Made by a program: the position numbers and the translations under genes. From an uncultured Gemmatimonadales bacterium (GTDB lineage: Bacteria > Gemmatimonadota > Gemmatimonadetes > Longimicrobiales > Longimicrobiaceae): DNA of 64,000 nt. Below the pieces are notes generated by a model. The model was not told where the DNA came from. It saw only the letters and a list, made by a program, of their open reading frames with translations, and made no database searches. Position 1 is the first letter of the stretch. Every line of letters begins with the position of its first letter. This document shows, piece by piece, positions 53,908-62,112 of the stretch. The DNA is taken from contig OY970303.1 in the NCBI GenBank assembly GCA_963716255.1, positions 1,312,001 to 1,376,000 on the forward strand, written 5' to 3'.

Positions 53908-55734
53908 TCAGGGCCGCGCGGGGTCGATCGTGCCGGCGGGGGCTTCCTGCCCGCTCGCCAGCATCCAGGCGCGCACGTCTCCCAGGTCCAGGCGGCCGTT
54001 GCGGTTCCCCTGGAGGTCCAGGAAGCCCACCTCCGCGGCGGTGAGCGGGGTGCCGGTGCCCATCAGGTGGTCCAGGACGCGGTCCACCGGGAGGAAGGCG
54101 GCGGCCACGGGCAGGGTGAAGGCGCGCGCGGCGGAGGCGCCGCCGGAGGTGGCGGTCACGGTGAAGACGAAGGTGCCGGCGCGGGTGGGGACGCCGCGGA
54201 GGGTGCCGTCCGCGGCGCCGAGAACGACGCCCGGGGGGAGGGCGCCGGCGCTCAGTCGCCAGGCGACGGCGCCGGGGGTGCCGCTGGCCTGGAGGGCGTC
54301 GGCGTAGTCGCGGCCCACCACGGCGGCGGGGCGCACGCTGTCGGAGGCCAGGGCGAAGGGGGCGCCGGGCGCGCCGCCCAGGGCGATGCGGACGCGGAAG
54401 CCGGTGGGGGTGGCCGCTTCCACCGCCACGGTGATGCCGGCGGCGGCGTCGGAAAAGGTCTCGCCGGGGAGCCAGGCGGCGGCGGCGTCGTTGGGATCGC
54501 CGTTGTTGTCGGTGTCCACCACGCGGGCGGGGCGGTCGGCGGCGGCGGGGTCCACGCGGTGGAGCACCACCGCCTCGGCCGGGAGGCGCCCGGCGGCGTC
54601 GTAGCCGGCGCCGCGGCGTGCCTCCACCGTGTAGAAGTGGCGGGAGCCGGGGATGGGCACCTGCGCCATGACGTAGTTGCCGGCGGGGGCCTGCGCGCTG
54701 CGCTCGATGACGATGGTACGGCTGGTCCCCGTCTCGGCGACGTACTTGCGCGCGGGGGCCACCCAGCCGAGCAGGTCCTTGTAGTAGGCGATGGGATGGT
54801 TGGCGACGTGGGTCCCCTGCCCGGCGTCGTAGTAGCCGCCCACGCTCATCAGGTCCCAGCGGGAGTCGTAGGTGGCGGCGTAGGGGCCGGAGGAGTGCGG
54901 CAGCCCGAAGGAGTGTCCGGCCTCGTGGGCGTAGGTCATCTGGGTGGACCAGGAGGCCATCCAGGTCATCCCCACGGTGCGCGTCTGGCCGTCGCGCGAG
55001 AGCGTCCAGCTCCCGCCCCAGGAATATCCGTCGAGCTCGCCGTTGAGCTGGAGGTTGATGCCGGCGTACGCCGTGAAGTTGACGTCGGCGTCGGCGGCGG
55101 CGGTGCAGTCGTCGGTGAGCCGCGCGTAGCTGAGCCGGCCGTCCGGGAAGTAGTACGAGCGGGCGCGCGGCAGGGTGTACCAGCCGTACACGGCGCTCCC
55201 GCCGGTCCCCACCTTGCCCTCTGACGCCTCGCGCCAGTAGTCGTCCAGCCCGGGGTACGCGGCCCCCATCCAGCGCTCGTAGGTGGCGCGGGGCCGGGGC
55301 TCGGTGGCGGCGGCGTCGCCGAAGCGGCAGAGCACGGTGGCGAACGGCTTCTGCCCGGCCTGCGCGGTGGCCGCGGCGAGCGACAGGCGGGACCCGGAGA
55401 CGGCGGGGCGCACGGACGCGGCGGGGACCGGGGCCCCGCTGCCGTCGGGCGCCCGCTCGGCGACGAGGGTGACGCGGCGCCGGTTGAGGGCGAGCACGCC
55501 GCCGGCGCTCTCCAGCTCCTCCACGCGCAGGAGCAGCTCGACGGCGCGGCCGGCGTCGTCCACCAGGAGGTACCGCTCCCCCGCCGGCCCGGACCCGGAG
55601 GGTCCGTCCGCCCACAGCACGTGCAGCGTGCCGGTGAGCGTGGCCTGCTGTGCTGCGGCCGGGGAGGCCGCGATCAGCGGGAGAAGCGCGCCGAGGAGGG
55701 AGCGGCGCGTGGAGCGGCGGGCGGGACGGTGCAT
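53908..55734 (-). CDS. Secreted M6/M11-like zinc metalloprotease with Ig-like domain and EF-hand/dockerin-like tail
   Basis: AHEAGHSFGLPH, WDLMS Met-turn, GALPPGVVL putative Ig domain, DLQGNRNGRLDLGD. Confidence 0.8.
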   Translation of the reverse strand: MHRPARRSTRRSLLGALLPLIAASPAAAQQATLTGTLHVLWADGPSGSGPAGERYLLVDDAGRAVELLLRVEELESAGGVLALNRRRVTLVAERAPDGSGAPVPAASVRPAVSGSRLSLAAATAQAGQKPFATVLCRFGDAAATEPRPRATYERWMGAAYPGLDDYWREASEGKVGTGGSAVYGWYTLPRARSYYFPDGRLSYARLTDDCTAAADADVNFTAYAGINLQLNGELDGYSWGGSWTLSRDGQTRTVGMTWMASWSTQMTYAHEAGHSFGLPHSSGPYAATYDSRWDLMSVGGYYDAGQGTHVANHPIAYYKDLLGWVAPARKYVAETGTSRTIVIERSAQAPAGNYVMAQVPIPGSRHFYTVEARRGAGYDAAGRLPAEAVVLHRVDPAAADRPARVVDTDNNGDPNDAAAAWLPGETFSDAAAGITVAVEAATPTGFRVRIALGGAPGAPFALASDSVRPAAVVGRDYADALQASGTPGAVAWRLSAGALPPGVVLGAADGTLRGVPTRAGTFVFTVTATSGGASAARAFTLPVAAAFLPVDRVLDHLMGTGTPLTAAEVGFLDLQGNRNGRLDLGDVRAWMLASGQEAPAGTIDPARP

Positions 55735-56020
55735 CTTGAGGGGAAGCTCGCGTGCATCCGGGGGTGGAGCGAGACCGCGGCCCGGGGATCCGGAGGGCGG
55801 CGGCCCGCGCGGCGGCCGGACATCCCGCCCCGCGCACTTCCCCCAGGGCGAGTGCCATGCCGGACCCAGCACGTTTTACAAGTGCTTGTGGAAAATAATT
55901 TTACAGGGGTGGCACGTCGTGTTGCAGGCCCGCGGGAGCCGGCATTCCGCAGGAATTGCGGCAATCCGCAAGCGGTCGAGAGGGATGCACCAGGAGGGAA
56001 AAGCGCCGGCACTGGCGGCT

Positions 56021-56170
56021 CGCCAGCGCGAGCCCCGCGTGAGGGATTACGGCCCGAAGGGGCGAGACCGCGCGGCTGTTTGCGCGGGCTCGACTCCGTT
56101 AGCCCGCGTTGTTTGCGGGCTTACGGAGCCGAAGCCCGACCCCGGCGCCAGCCGGGGTCACGCCCAACCC
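56021..56170 (+). repeat. Family-1 repeat, copy 8
   Basis: Direct match to copy 1. Confidence 0.9.
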
Positions 56171-56190
56171 CGCCGTACAAAAAAGCCGTC

Positions 56191-58647
56191 TCAGGACCCA
56201 CGGATCTGGCTCAAGATGGCAGGGTCGGTGATGCGGGCGTCGTCCGCGAGCAGCAGCGCCTTGCTCAGGATCACGGCGAAGACGCGGTCGCCCTCGAAGG
56301 GAAGGAACCGGGCCTCCCCCTCGCGGCTCTGCGTGGAGCGGTCGGGCACGATGCACAGGTACTGGTCGTCGGGCTCCATGAGGATGTTGCCGCTCCCCAG
56401 GTGGATCTTGTAGGTGCGGACCGTTCCCTCCACCACCAGGAAGCGGCCCTGGATGCGGCTGCGGGAGGCGATCCCGAGCCGCGGCAGCAGCCTTTCCAGC
56501 ACCGCCCTGCGCGTCTCGGCGGCGGCGCTCAGCTCGCCGAACGAGAAGTCCTGCCAGTAGTCGCGGTAGCGCACGCCGCCGTGGTCCTGCCAGCCGGGGT
56601 CGTTGCCGATGCTGGCCACGCCGACGAACAGGTCCACCATCCGCATCACCTCGGACAGGACGAGCCGCGGCACCTCCACCAGCGGACGGGGGTGCTGGCC
56701 CGGCCCCACGAAGCGCACCTGGTCGGTCGCCACGTACAGGTAGATGCCTGCGTCCGTCCACGCGTCGTCCGCGGCGACCGAGTCCACCCAGTACTCGGCG
56801 CGCAGCCCGTGCGCCGGCATCTCCAGCGTCGCTCCGACGGCGTAGTCGGCGTCGAAGGCGCCCTGGAGCGGGTAGCTCCACCCCTTCTGGTCCGCGAGCG
56901 CCTTCAACTGGTGCTGCTTGAGCACGTGCGCGGCGAAGCGGTTGGAGTAGGTGTGGGTCCTCACCTCGGCCTCCGTCAGCAGGTACACCTCGCGGTGGGC
57001 CTGCTTGAACGGCTGCCGCACTTCGTGGCCCTCCACCCAGCAGCGCCAGGCGAGCACCTCGTCCACGCGGGCCTCGACGGGGTGCCAGAGCGTGACGGGC
57101 GCGTCGGGGGACGGCTCCGCGACGGGCCGGTCCCGTGCGTCCACCAGGCCGCCGGGGCCCAGGATGGCGCTCCCGCTCCCGCCGATGCTCCAGATCAGCC
57201 GCCGCGCGAGCTGGCCCACGAGCGGGTGGTCCAGGTAGCGGGCGCGCCAGTCGGCGAAGCGGAGGGTGCGGCCCTCCAGGTACAGCCGCTCCAGGCGCTC
57301 GCGCTGGGCGGGAAGCATGGCCTGTACGTCCTTGACCGCGCCCTTGAGCTCGGCGAGCTCGGCGGCGTGCGCGTCGCGCACCGCGGCGGGAACCGACTTC
57401 TGCCCCCGGCCGCCGGCGCGCAGCCAGCTCCAGGCGGGCGCCCCGCCGGCCGGGAAGACGACCTCGGCGGTGTGGTCGCCGAAGCGGCGCCGGAAGCGCC
57501 CCGGCGCGTCCAGCCCGAAGGTGGGGACGGAGATCTCCTCCAGCTCGCTCGGCGTGATCCCCTCGCGCTCGGCCACCACGGCGAGCGCTTTCTCGATCGC
57601 AGCCCGGGCGGAGCGCTGCCTGACCACCAGCTGGAGCCGGGCGAGCTGGGCGACGGCGTCCGGCCCGGGGAGCTGGCCCAGCACGTGGAGGCCGGCGTTG
57701 CCGACCTTGGCGCTGCGCTGCCCGACCCGCGGGACCTTGCGGAGGGCGCTCTGGGTGACGTCGCCCACCTCCCGCGCGAGCGCCGGCTCGTCCAGCACGA
57801 GACAGCACCAGAGGAGGCCCTTGAGCACCTCCGCGTTGGACTCGTCCAGCGGCCGGGCGCTCCCCGCGGGGACCCGGGGCAGCCAGTCCCGGAGCGCGCG
57901 GACGACCCGGTCCCGCCCGACGCGGCCGACGAGGGCGGAGGCGGCCCCCAGCCACTTCGCGGAGGGGCGCCCGGAGGTCGCGCTCCTGGCGTGCGAGAGC
58001 AGCGCCTCCCAGGCGGCGCGGCGCTCCGCGTCCGCCTCCGCGCGCAGGGAGGCGAGGGCCGCGTCGGCCCATGCCTCGCCGGAGTTCAGGCCGCCGGGGG
58101 ACAGGTCGCCCAGAAGCTCCCCGATCTTCAGCGCCAGGCGGCGCGCCGGGGCGAGCTGGAGCTCCCGGAGGGGGACGCGGAGGGCGGCGAGCGCCGCGCG
58201 CACGAGCGGGGTCGCGGGATGCTCGCCCAGGTAGCGCTCCACGTGGCGGAACAGCGACACCGTGGCGTCCAGGCCCTCGACCTGGAGCACGCGCGGGTCG
58301 AGGAGGCGGAGCACGTCGGCTTCCGTGAAGGGGAGCTTCCGCCGGGCGAGCTCGCCGGCCAGGTTGGCGAGGGCGGCGTGCAGGTACTGGACGCTCTTCT
58401 CGTCGCGCCGGAGGGCGCGCCGCCGCTCCAGCGCGGCGAGGAGCACGGCCGTCTGCTCCGCGGGCGGCAGGGCGAGCAGGTGCCGGCCCGCCTCCAGGTC
58501 CTTGGGCTGGAGGTACCAGTGGGAGACGCCCCGCGTCGTCTCGATCTCGTGGACGAACCCCCGCAGGTACTCCTCCAACAGCCTCGCCGCCTCGCGCGCC
58601 GGCGAGGAGCGCGCTCCGAAGAGCGCGCCGATGCGTCCCAGGGCCAT
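56191..58647 (-). CDS. DUF4132 domain protein
   Basis: ELEEISVPTFGL, RLERLY, HPLVGQLARRLIW, LWHP, QPFKQAHREVY, SNRFAAH, SEVMRMVDLFV, YKIHLGSGN. Confidence 0.85.
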   Translation of the reverse strand: MALGRIGALFGARSSPAREAARLLEEYLRGFVHEIETTRGVSHWYLQPKDLEAGRHLLALPPAEQTAVLLAALERRRALRRDEKSVQYLHAALANLAGELARRKLPFTEADVLRLLDPRVLQVEGLDATVSLFRHVERYLGEHPATPLVRAALAALRVPLRELQLAPARRLALKIGELLGDLSPGGLNSGEAWADAALASLRAEADAERRAAWEALLSHARSATSGRPSAKWLGAASALVGRVGRDRVVRALRDWLPRVPAGSARPLDESNAEVLKGLLWCCLVLDEPALAREVGDVTQSALRKVPRVGQRSAKVGNAGLHVLGQLPGPDAVAQLARLQLVVRQRSARAAIEKALAVVAEREGITPSELEEISVPTFGLDAPGRFRRRFGDHTAEVVFPAGGAPAWSWLRAGGRGQKSVPAAVRDAHAAELAELKGAVKDVQAMLPAQRERLERLYLEGRTLRFADWRARYLDHPLVGQLARRLIWSIGGSGSAILGPGGLVDARDRPVAEPSPDAPVTLWHPVEARVDEVLAWRCWVEGHEVRQPFKQAHREVYLLTEAEVRTHTYSNRFAAHVLKQHQLKALADQKGWSYPLQGAFDADYAVGATLEMPAHGLRAEYWVDSVAADDAWTDAGIYLYVATDQVRFVGPGQHPRPLVEVPRLVLSEVMRMVDLFVGVASIGNDPGWQDHGGVRYRDYWQDFSFGELSAAAETRRAVLERLLPRLGIASRSRIQGRFLVVEGTVRTYKIHLGSGNILMEPDDQYLCIVPDRSTQSREGEARFLPFEGDRVFAVILSKALLLADDARITDPAILSQIRGS

Positions 58648-58653
58648 GCGCGC

Positions 58654-59049
58654 TCAGCCCCCGACCAGCGGGACCAGCTCGAGGAAGCTGACCGCGGTGT
58701 CGACCCCGATCACGATCTCCTCGTCGAGGCTCGTCGCCTGGCGGTCGTCCACGAGGACCATGAAGCCGTTGCGCTCGAAGGCTTCCGTCGCCCGGTCGGC
58801 CTGCTCTTCCCAGTCGATGCGGCGGGGGGTGCGGAGCCGGAAGCCGTTGAGCGTGCGCTCGGCGTCGACCGGCTGGACCAGCCCCTGGAAGAGCTCGGGG
58901 CAGCGGAGGTTGTAGTCCTGCACCTCCTGGTAGACGCGCTTGCGGATCAGCTCGCGCACGGAAGCGCGCTCGGTCAGGAAGTCGAGCGTGCAAGCCGGGG
59001 TGCGCTCCCCGGACAGCGTCTCGTCGTAGATGGTCAATGCGGAGGACAT
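58654..59049 (-). CDS. Small protein with C-terminal Gly-Gly (ubiquitin/ThiS-like terminus)
   Basis: 131 aa ending VLVDDRQATSLDEEIVIGVDTAVSFLELVPLVGG-stop; 6 nt before the DUF4132 start. Confidence 0.75.
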   Translation of the reverse strand: MSSALTIYDETLSGERTPACTLDFLTERASVRELIRKRVYQEVQDYNLRCPELFQGLVQPVDAERTLNGFRLRTPRRIDWEEQADRATEAFERNGFMVLVDDRQATSLDEEIVIGVDTAVSFLELVPLVGG

Positions 59050-59171
59050 GGCGGGTCCGGGTGGGGGAGGGGCCGGAGCGGCGGGCCGCGGCCCCCGCAA
59101 GATAGGGCGTGGGCACCCCCGGCGACAGAAAGCGGGAGCGGCAGGCACCATTCCTGCCGCGCGCACGGGCC

Positions 59172-59921
59172 ATGTCGACCCGGATCCGCATCGTGCAGAC
59201 CACCCGCTCCGAGACGCGTGTCGCGGGGGGGCGGCGCATCGTCCTGGACTTCCGCGAGGAGGACGGGGACCCGGTGCCCGCCATCCTCCTGCTCCCGGAC
59301 GCGGAAGCCGCCGCGCCGGGCGCGCTCCTGCTGCACGGCTACTCGTCGCGCAAGGAGCACATGGCGGACGAGGTGGGGCGCGCGCTGCTGGCGGAGGGGA
59401 TCGCCAGCCTGGCCGTGGACCTGCCGCTGCACGGCGACCGAGGCGACCCTCTGCAGGCGCAGTCGGCGCGGAACCCGCTGGCCGCGGTGCGCCTGTGGCG
59501 CTCGGCGCTGCAGGAGGCGAAGCTCGCCGTGCGCTACCTGGGCGCGCGCCGGGAGGTGGACGGCGGACGGCTGGGGGCGGCGGGGTATTCGCTGGGCTCC
59601 TTCCTGGCGGTGGCGCTGGCGGCCGGCGAGCCCCGGGTGAAGGCGGTGGTCGTGGCCGCCGGGGGCGACCTGCCCTCGGGGACGCCGCTCGCCGCCGTGG
59701 CCCGCACCGTGGTGGACCCCGCCCGCGCCGTGCGCAGGCTGTCCCCGCGCCCGCTGCTCATGGTGCACGGCCGCGACGACCGCACCGTGCGCCCCGAGCA
59801 GGCGGAGCGCCTGTACGCCGCCGCCGGCGAGCCCAAGGAGCTCCGCTGGTACGCCGCGGGCCACCATCTCCCTGCCGCCGCCATCCAGTACGCCGCCGGC
59901 TGGCTGCGGGAGCGGCTGTAG
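59172..59921 (+). CDS. Alpha/beta hydrolase
   Basis: LLHGYSS, DLPLHG, GYSLG, HGRDD, AGH. Confidence 0.85.
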   Translation: MSTRIRIVQTTRSETRVAGGRRIVLDFREEDGDPVPAILLLPDAEAAAPGALLLHGYSSRKEHMADEVGRALLAEGIASLAVDLPLHGDRGDPLQAQSARNPLAAVRLWRSALQEAKLAVRYLGARREVDGGRLGAAGYSLGSFLAVALAAGEPRVKAVVVAAGGDLPSGTPLAAVARTVVDPARAVRRLSPRPLLMVHGRDDRTVRPEQAERLYAAAGEPKELRWYAAGHHLPAAAIQYAAGWLRERL

Positions 59922-60090
59922 CCCGCGCGCACCTTCCCCGCCCCGGACGCTTCACGCGGAAGTCGCAGATCCCAAGGGTCCATTTCCTGCATACGGCACA
60001 CAGTATCGGTCACCGGGTGCGACACGATCACCCGGCATCGCCGCTGCGTCCGAGGACACGGCGGATCACTTCCTTCACATGGAGCGCTCC

Positions 60091-60240
60091 ATGAACAAGA
60101 CCGCCAAGCCCGTTTCGCCCCGGAGGCTGGTCCTGAGCAGGGAGACCGTGCGGTTGATGAACGAGCCGGTGTCCGCCGACGACGCCGCGACCGGGTGCGC
60201 CTGCCCGACCCGCTGCACCTGTACGTCGAACCTCTGCTGA
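60091..60240 (+). CDS. Putative RiPP (lanthipeptide-like) precursor peptide 2, 49 aa (not in the ORF track)
   Basis: GGAG RBS + ATG; MNKTAKPVSPRRLVLSRETVRLMNEPVSADDAATGCACPTRCTCTSNLC. Confidence 0.75.
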   Translation: MNKTAKPVSPRRLVLSRETVRLMNEPVSADDAATGCACPTRCTCTSNLC

Positions 60241-60258
60241 CGCCGTCCGGACGAGCAC

Positions 60259-60295
60259 GAGCGGGTGGGCGGCCTCGCCGGCCGCCCACCCGCTC
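60259..60295 (+). terminator. Strong hairpin after precursor peptide 2
   Basis: GAGCGGGTGGGCGGCC-tcgcc-GGCCGCCCACCCGCTC, a 16-bp perfect stem. Confidence 0.65.
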
Positions 60296-60322
60296 TTCGC
60301 ATCCAGGACAGCCTTTCGCGCG

Positions 60323-60464
60323 GAGCCCCGCGTGAGGGATTCCGGCCCGAAGGGGCGAGACCCGGCGGCAGTTTGCCGGGGCTCGACTCCGTTACGCACG
60401 GTTGTTTCGTGCGTTACGGAGCCGAAGCCCGACCCCGGCGCCCGCCGGGGGCACGCCCGAATCC
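60323..60464 (+). repeat. Family-1 repeat, copy 9
   Basis: Direct match to copy 1. Confidence 0.9.
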
Positions 60465-60577
60465 TCCCGTTCCTCAATCCGTTGAACCGTCAGCCTTTCC
60501 AAACCCTGGCACCGCGTGTGCACTGCGGCCTGCGACGAAAAGATCCATCCGCCGGAACCACCGGATCCCGAAGAACG

Positions 60578-61003
60578 ATGCCCGAGCAAGCCGAGAGCAC
60601 CTCCCAGGAAACCCCCCACAAGGCGCTGGTGGACGCCTCCAACGTGGCCCACTTCACCGAGGGCGAGAAGGCGCGCCTGGAAAACATCGTCCTGGTGTGC
60701 CGCAAGCTCCAGGAGGAGGGGATCGAGCCCATCGTGGTGGCCGACGCCGCCCTGCGCCACCAGATCGACGACTCCCCCGGCTACGAGGAGCTGGTGGACG
60801 CCGGCAAGATCCACCAGGCCCCCGCCGGCACCGACGCCGACTACTTCATCCTGGCCTTCGCGCGCGAACTGGACGCCAGCGTCGTGTCCAACGACCGCTT
60901 CCGCGACCGGCAGGACGCCTTCCCCGAGGCGCGCGACCGCGTCATCCGCTACATGATCGTCGCCGACGAGGTGGTGCTGGAGCGCCGCACCAGGCGCCGC
61001 TAG
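60578..61003 (+). CDS. Stand-alone NYN/PIN ribonuclease (Zc3h12a/Regnase-like)
   Basis: VDASNVAH, VVADA, DADYFIL, VVSNDRFRD acidic active-site motifs. Confidence 0.8.
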   Translation: MPEQAESTSQETPHKALVDASNVAHFTEGEKARLENIVLVCRKLQEEGIEPIVVADAALRHQIDDSPGYEELVDAGKIHQAPAGTDADYFILAFARELDASVVSNDRFRDRQDAFPEARDRVIRYMIVADEVVLERRTRRR

Positions 61004-61153
61004 CGAGCCCGCCCGCGCGCCCCTCCCGCCGCCAAACGTTCCCCCCGCCGCGCGCTTGTCCGCCCCGCGGCCGCGGGGTATGATACTACGCTCCACGCCC
61101 GGGCGGCGCGTCCCCGTCCGGACCCTCCCCATGTCTCATCCCGCAGGCGACCC

Positions 61154-61849
61154 GTGAGAGACATCGCGATGTACCACGGCGACGGCCAGGGCTGGATCGA
61201 GGTGGTCACCGGAAGCATGTTCAGCGGCAAGTCGGAGGAGCTGATCCGCCGCGTCCGGCGCTCCCTGATCGCCCGGCGGCGCGTCCAGGTGTTCAAGTCG
61301 GCCCTGGACGACCGCTACGAGGGCGTCCGCACCATCAGCTCCCACTCCGGCTCCGAGGGCGTGGAGGCCATCCCGGTGCGCAGCAGCACCGAGATGCTGG
61401 CCAAGGTGCACCCCGACACCCAGGTGATCGCGGTGGACGAGGTGCAGTTCCTGGACGACGGCGTCGTGGACGTGCTCTCGCTCCTGGCCAACCGGGGGAT
61501 GCGGGTGATCGTGGCGGGGATCGACATGGACTTCCGCGGCGAGCCCTTCGGCCCCATGGCGCGCATCTTCGCCATCGCCGAGACGGTGGACAAGCTGCAC
61601 GCCATCTGCGTGCGCTGCGGCGGCCCGGCCACCCGCAACCAGCGCCTGGTGGGCGGCGAGCCCGCGCCCTTCGAGGCGCCCACCATCCAGGTGGGCGGCT
61701 CCGAGAGCTACGAGGCCCGCTGCCGCCGCTGCCACGAGGTCCCCTCCGTCACGCGCGACCAGACGTCCCTGCTCGGCCTTTTGTACGAGGCACCGGAGGA
61801 CGCCGTGGTCCTCACGCACGAGAGCCTGCGGCCGCGCCGGACTGCATGA
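61154..61849 (+). CDS. tdk: Thymidine kinase
   Basis: GSMFSGKSEEL, DEVQF, DFRGEPF, CVRC..CRRC zinc site. Confidence 0.95.
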   Translation: MRDIAMYHGDGQGWIEVVTGSMFSGKSEELIRRVRRSLIARRRVQVFKSALDDRYEGVRTISSHSGSEGVEAIPVRSSTEMLAKVHPDTQVIAVDEVQFLDDGVVDVLSLLANRGMRVIVAGIDMDFRGEPFGPMARIFAIAETVDKLHAICVRCGGPATRNQRLVGGEPAPFEAPTIQVGGSESYEARCRRCHEVPSVTRDQTSLLGLLYEAPEDAVVLTHESLRPRRTA

Positions 61850-61863
61850 CTGCTTCGACCGCT

Positions 61864-61998
61864 GGTTCGGGCGTGCCCCCGGCTGGCGCCGGGGTCGGGC
61901 TTCGGCTCCGTAAGCGAGCAAACAACGCTCGCTGACGGAGTCGAGCCCGCGCAAACAGCCGCGCGGTCTCGCCCCTTCGGGCCGTAATCCCTCACGCG
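61864..61998 (-). repeat. Family-1 repeat, copy 10 (followed by the CCCTCCCCC palindrome and short GCACTT/GTACTT repeats)
   Basis: Reverse-complement match to copy 1. Confidence 0.9.
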
Positions 61999-62112
61999 AC
62001 GGCAGGCCCCCTCCCCCCGGCCCCCTCCCCCGCAAGCGGGAGAGGGGGAGCACTGCTCCGGACTCCCGCCGTTCAGCGTACTTCGTACTCCGCACTTTCG
62101 CACTTCGTCCCC

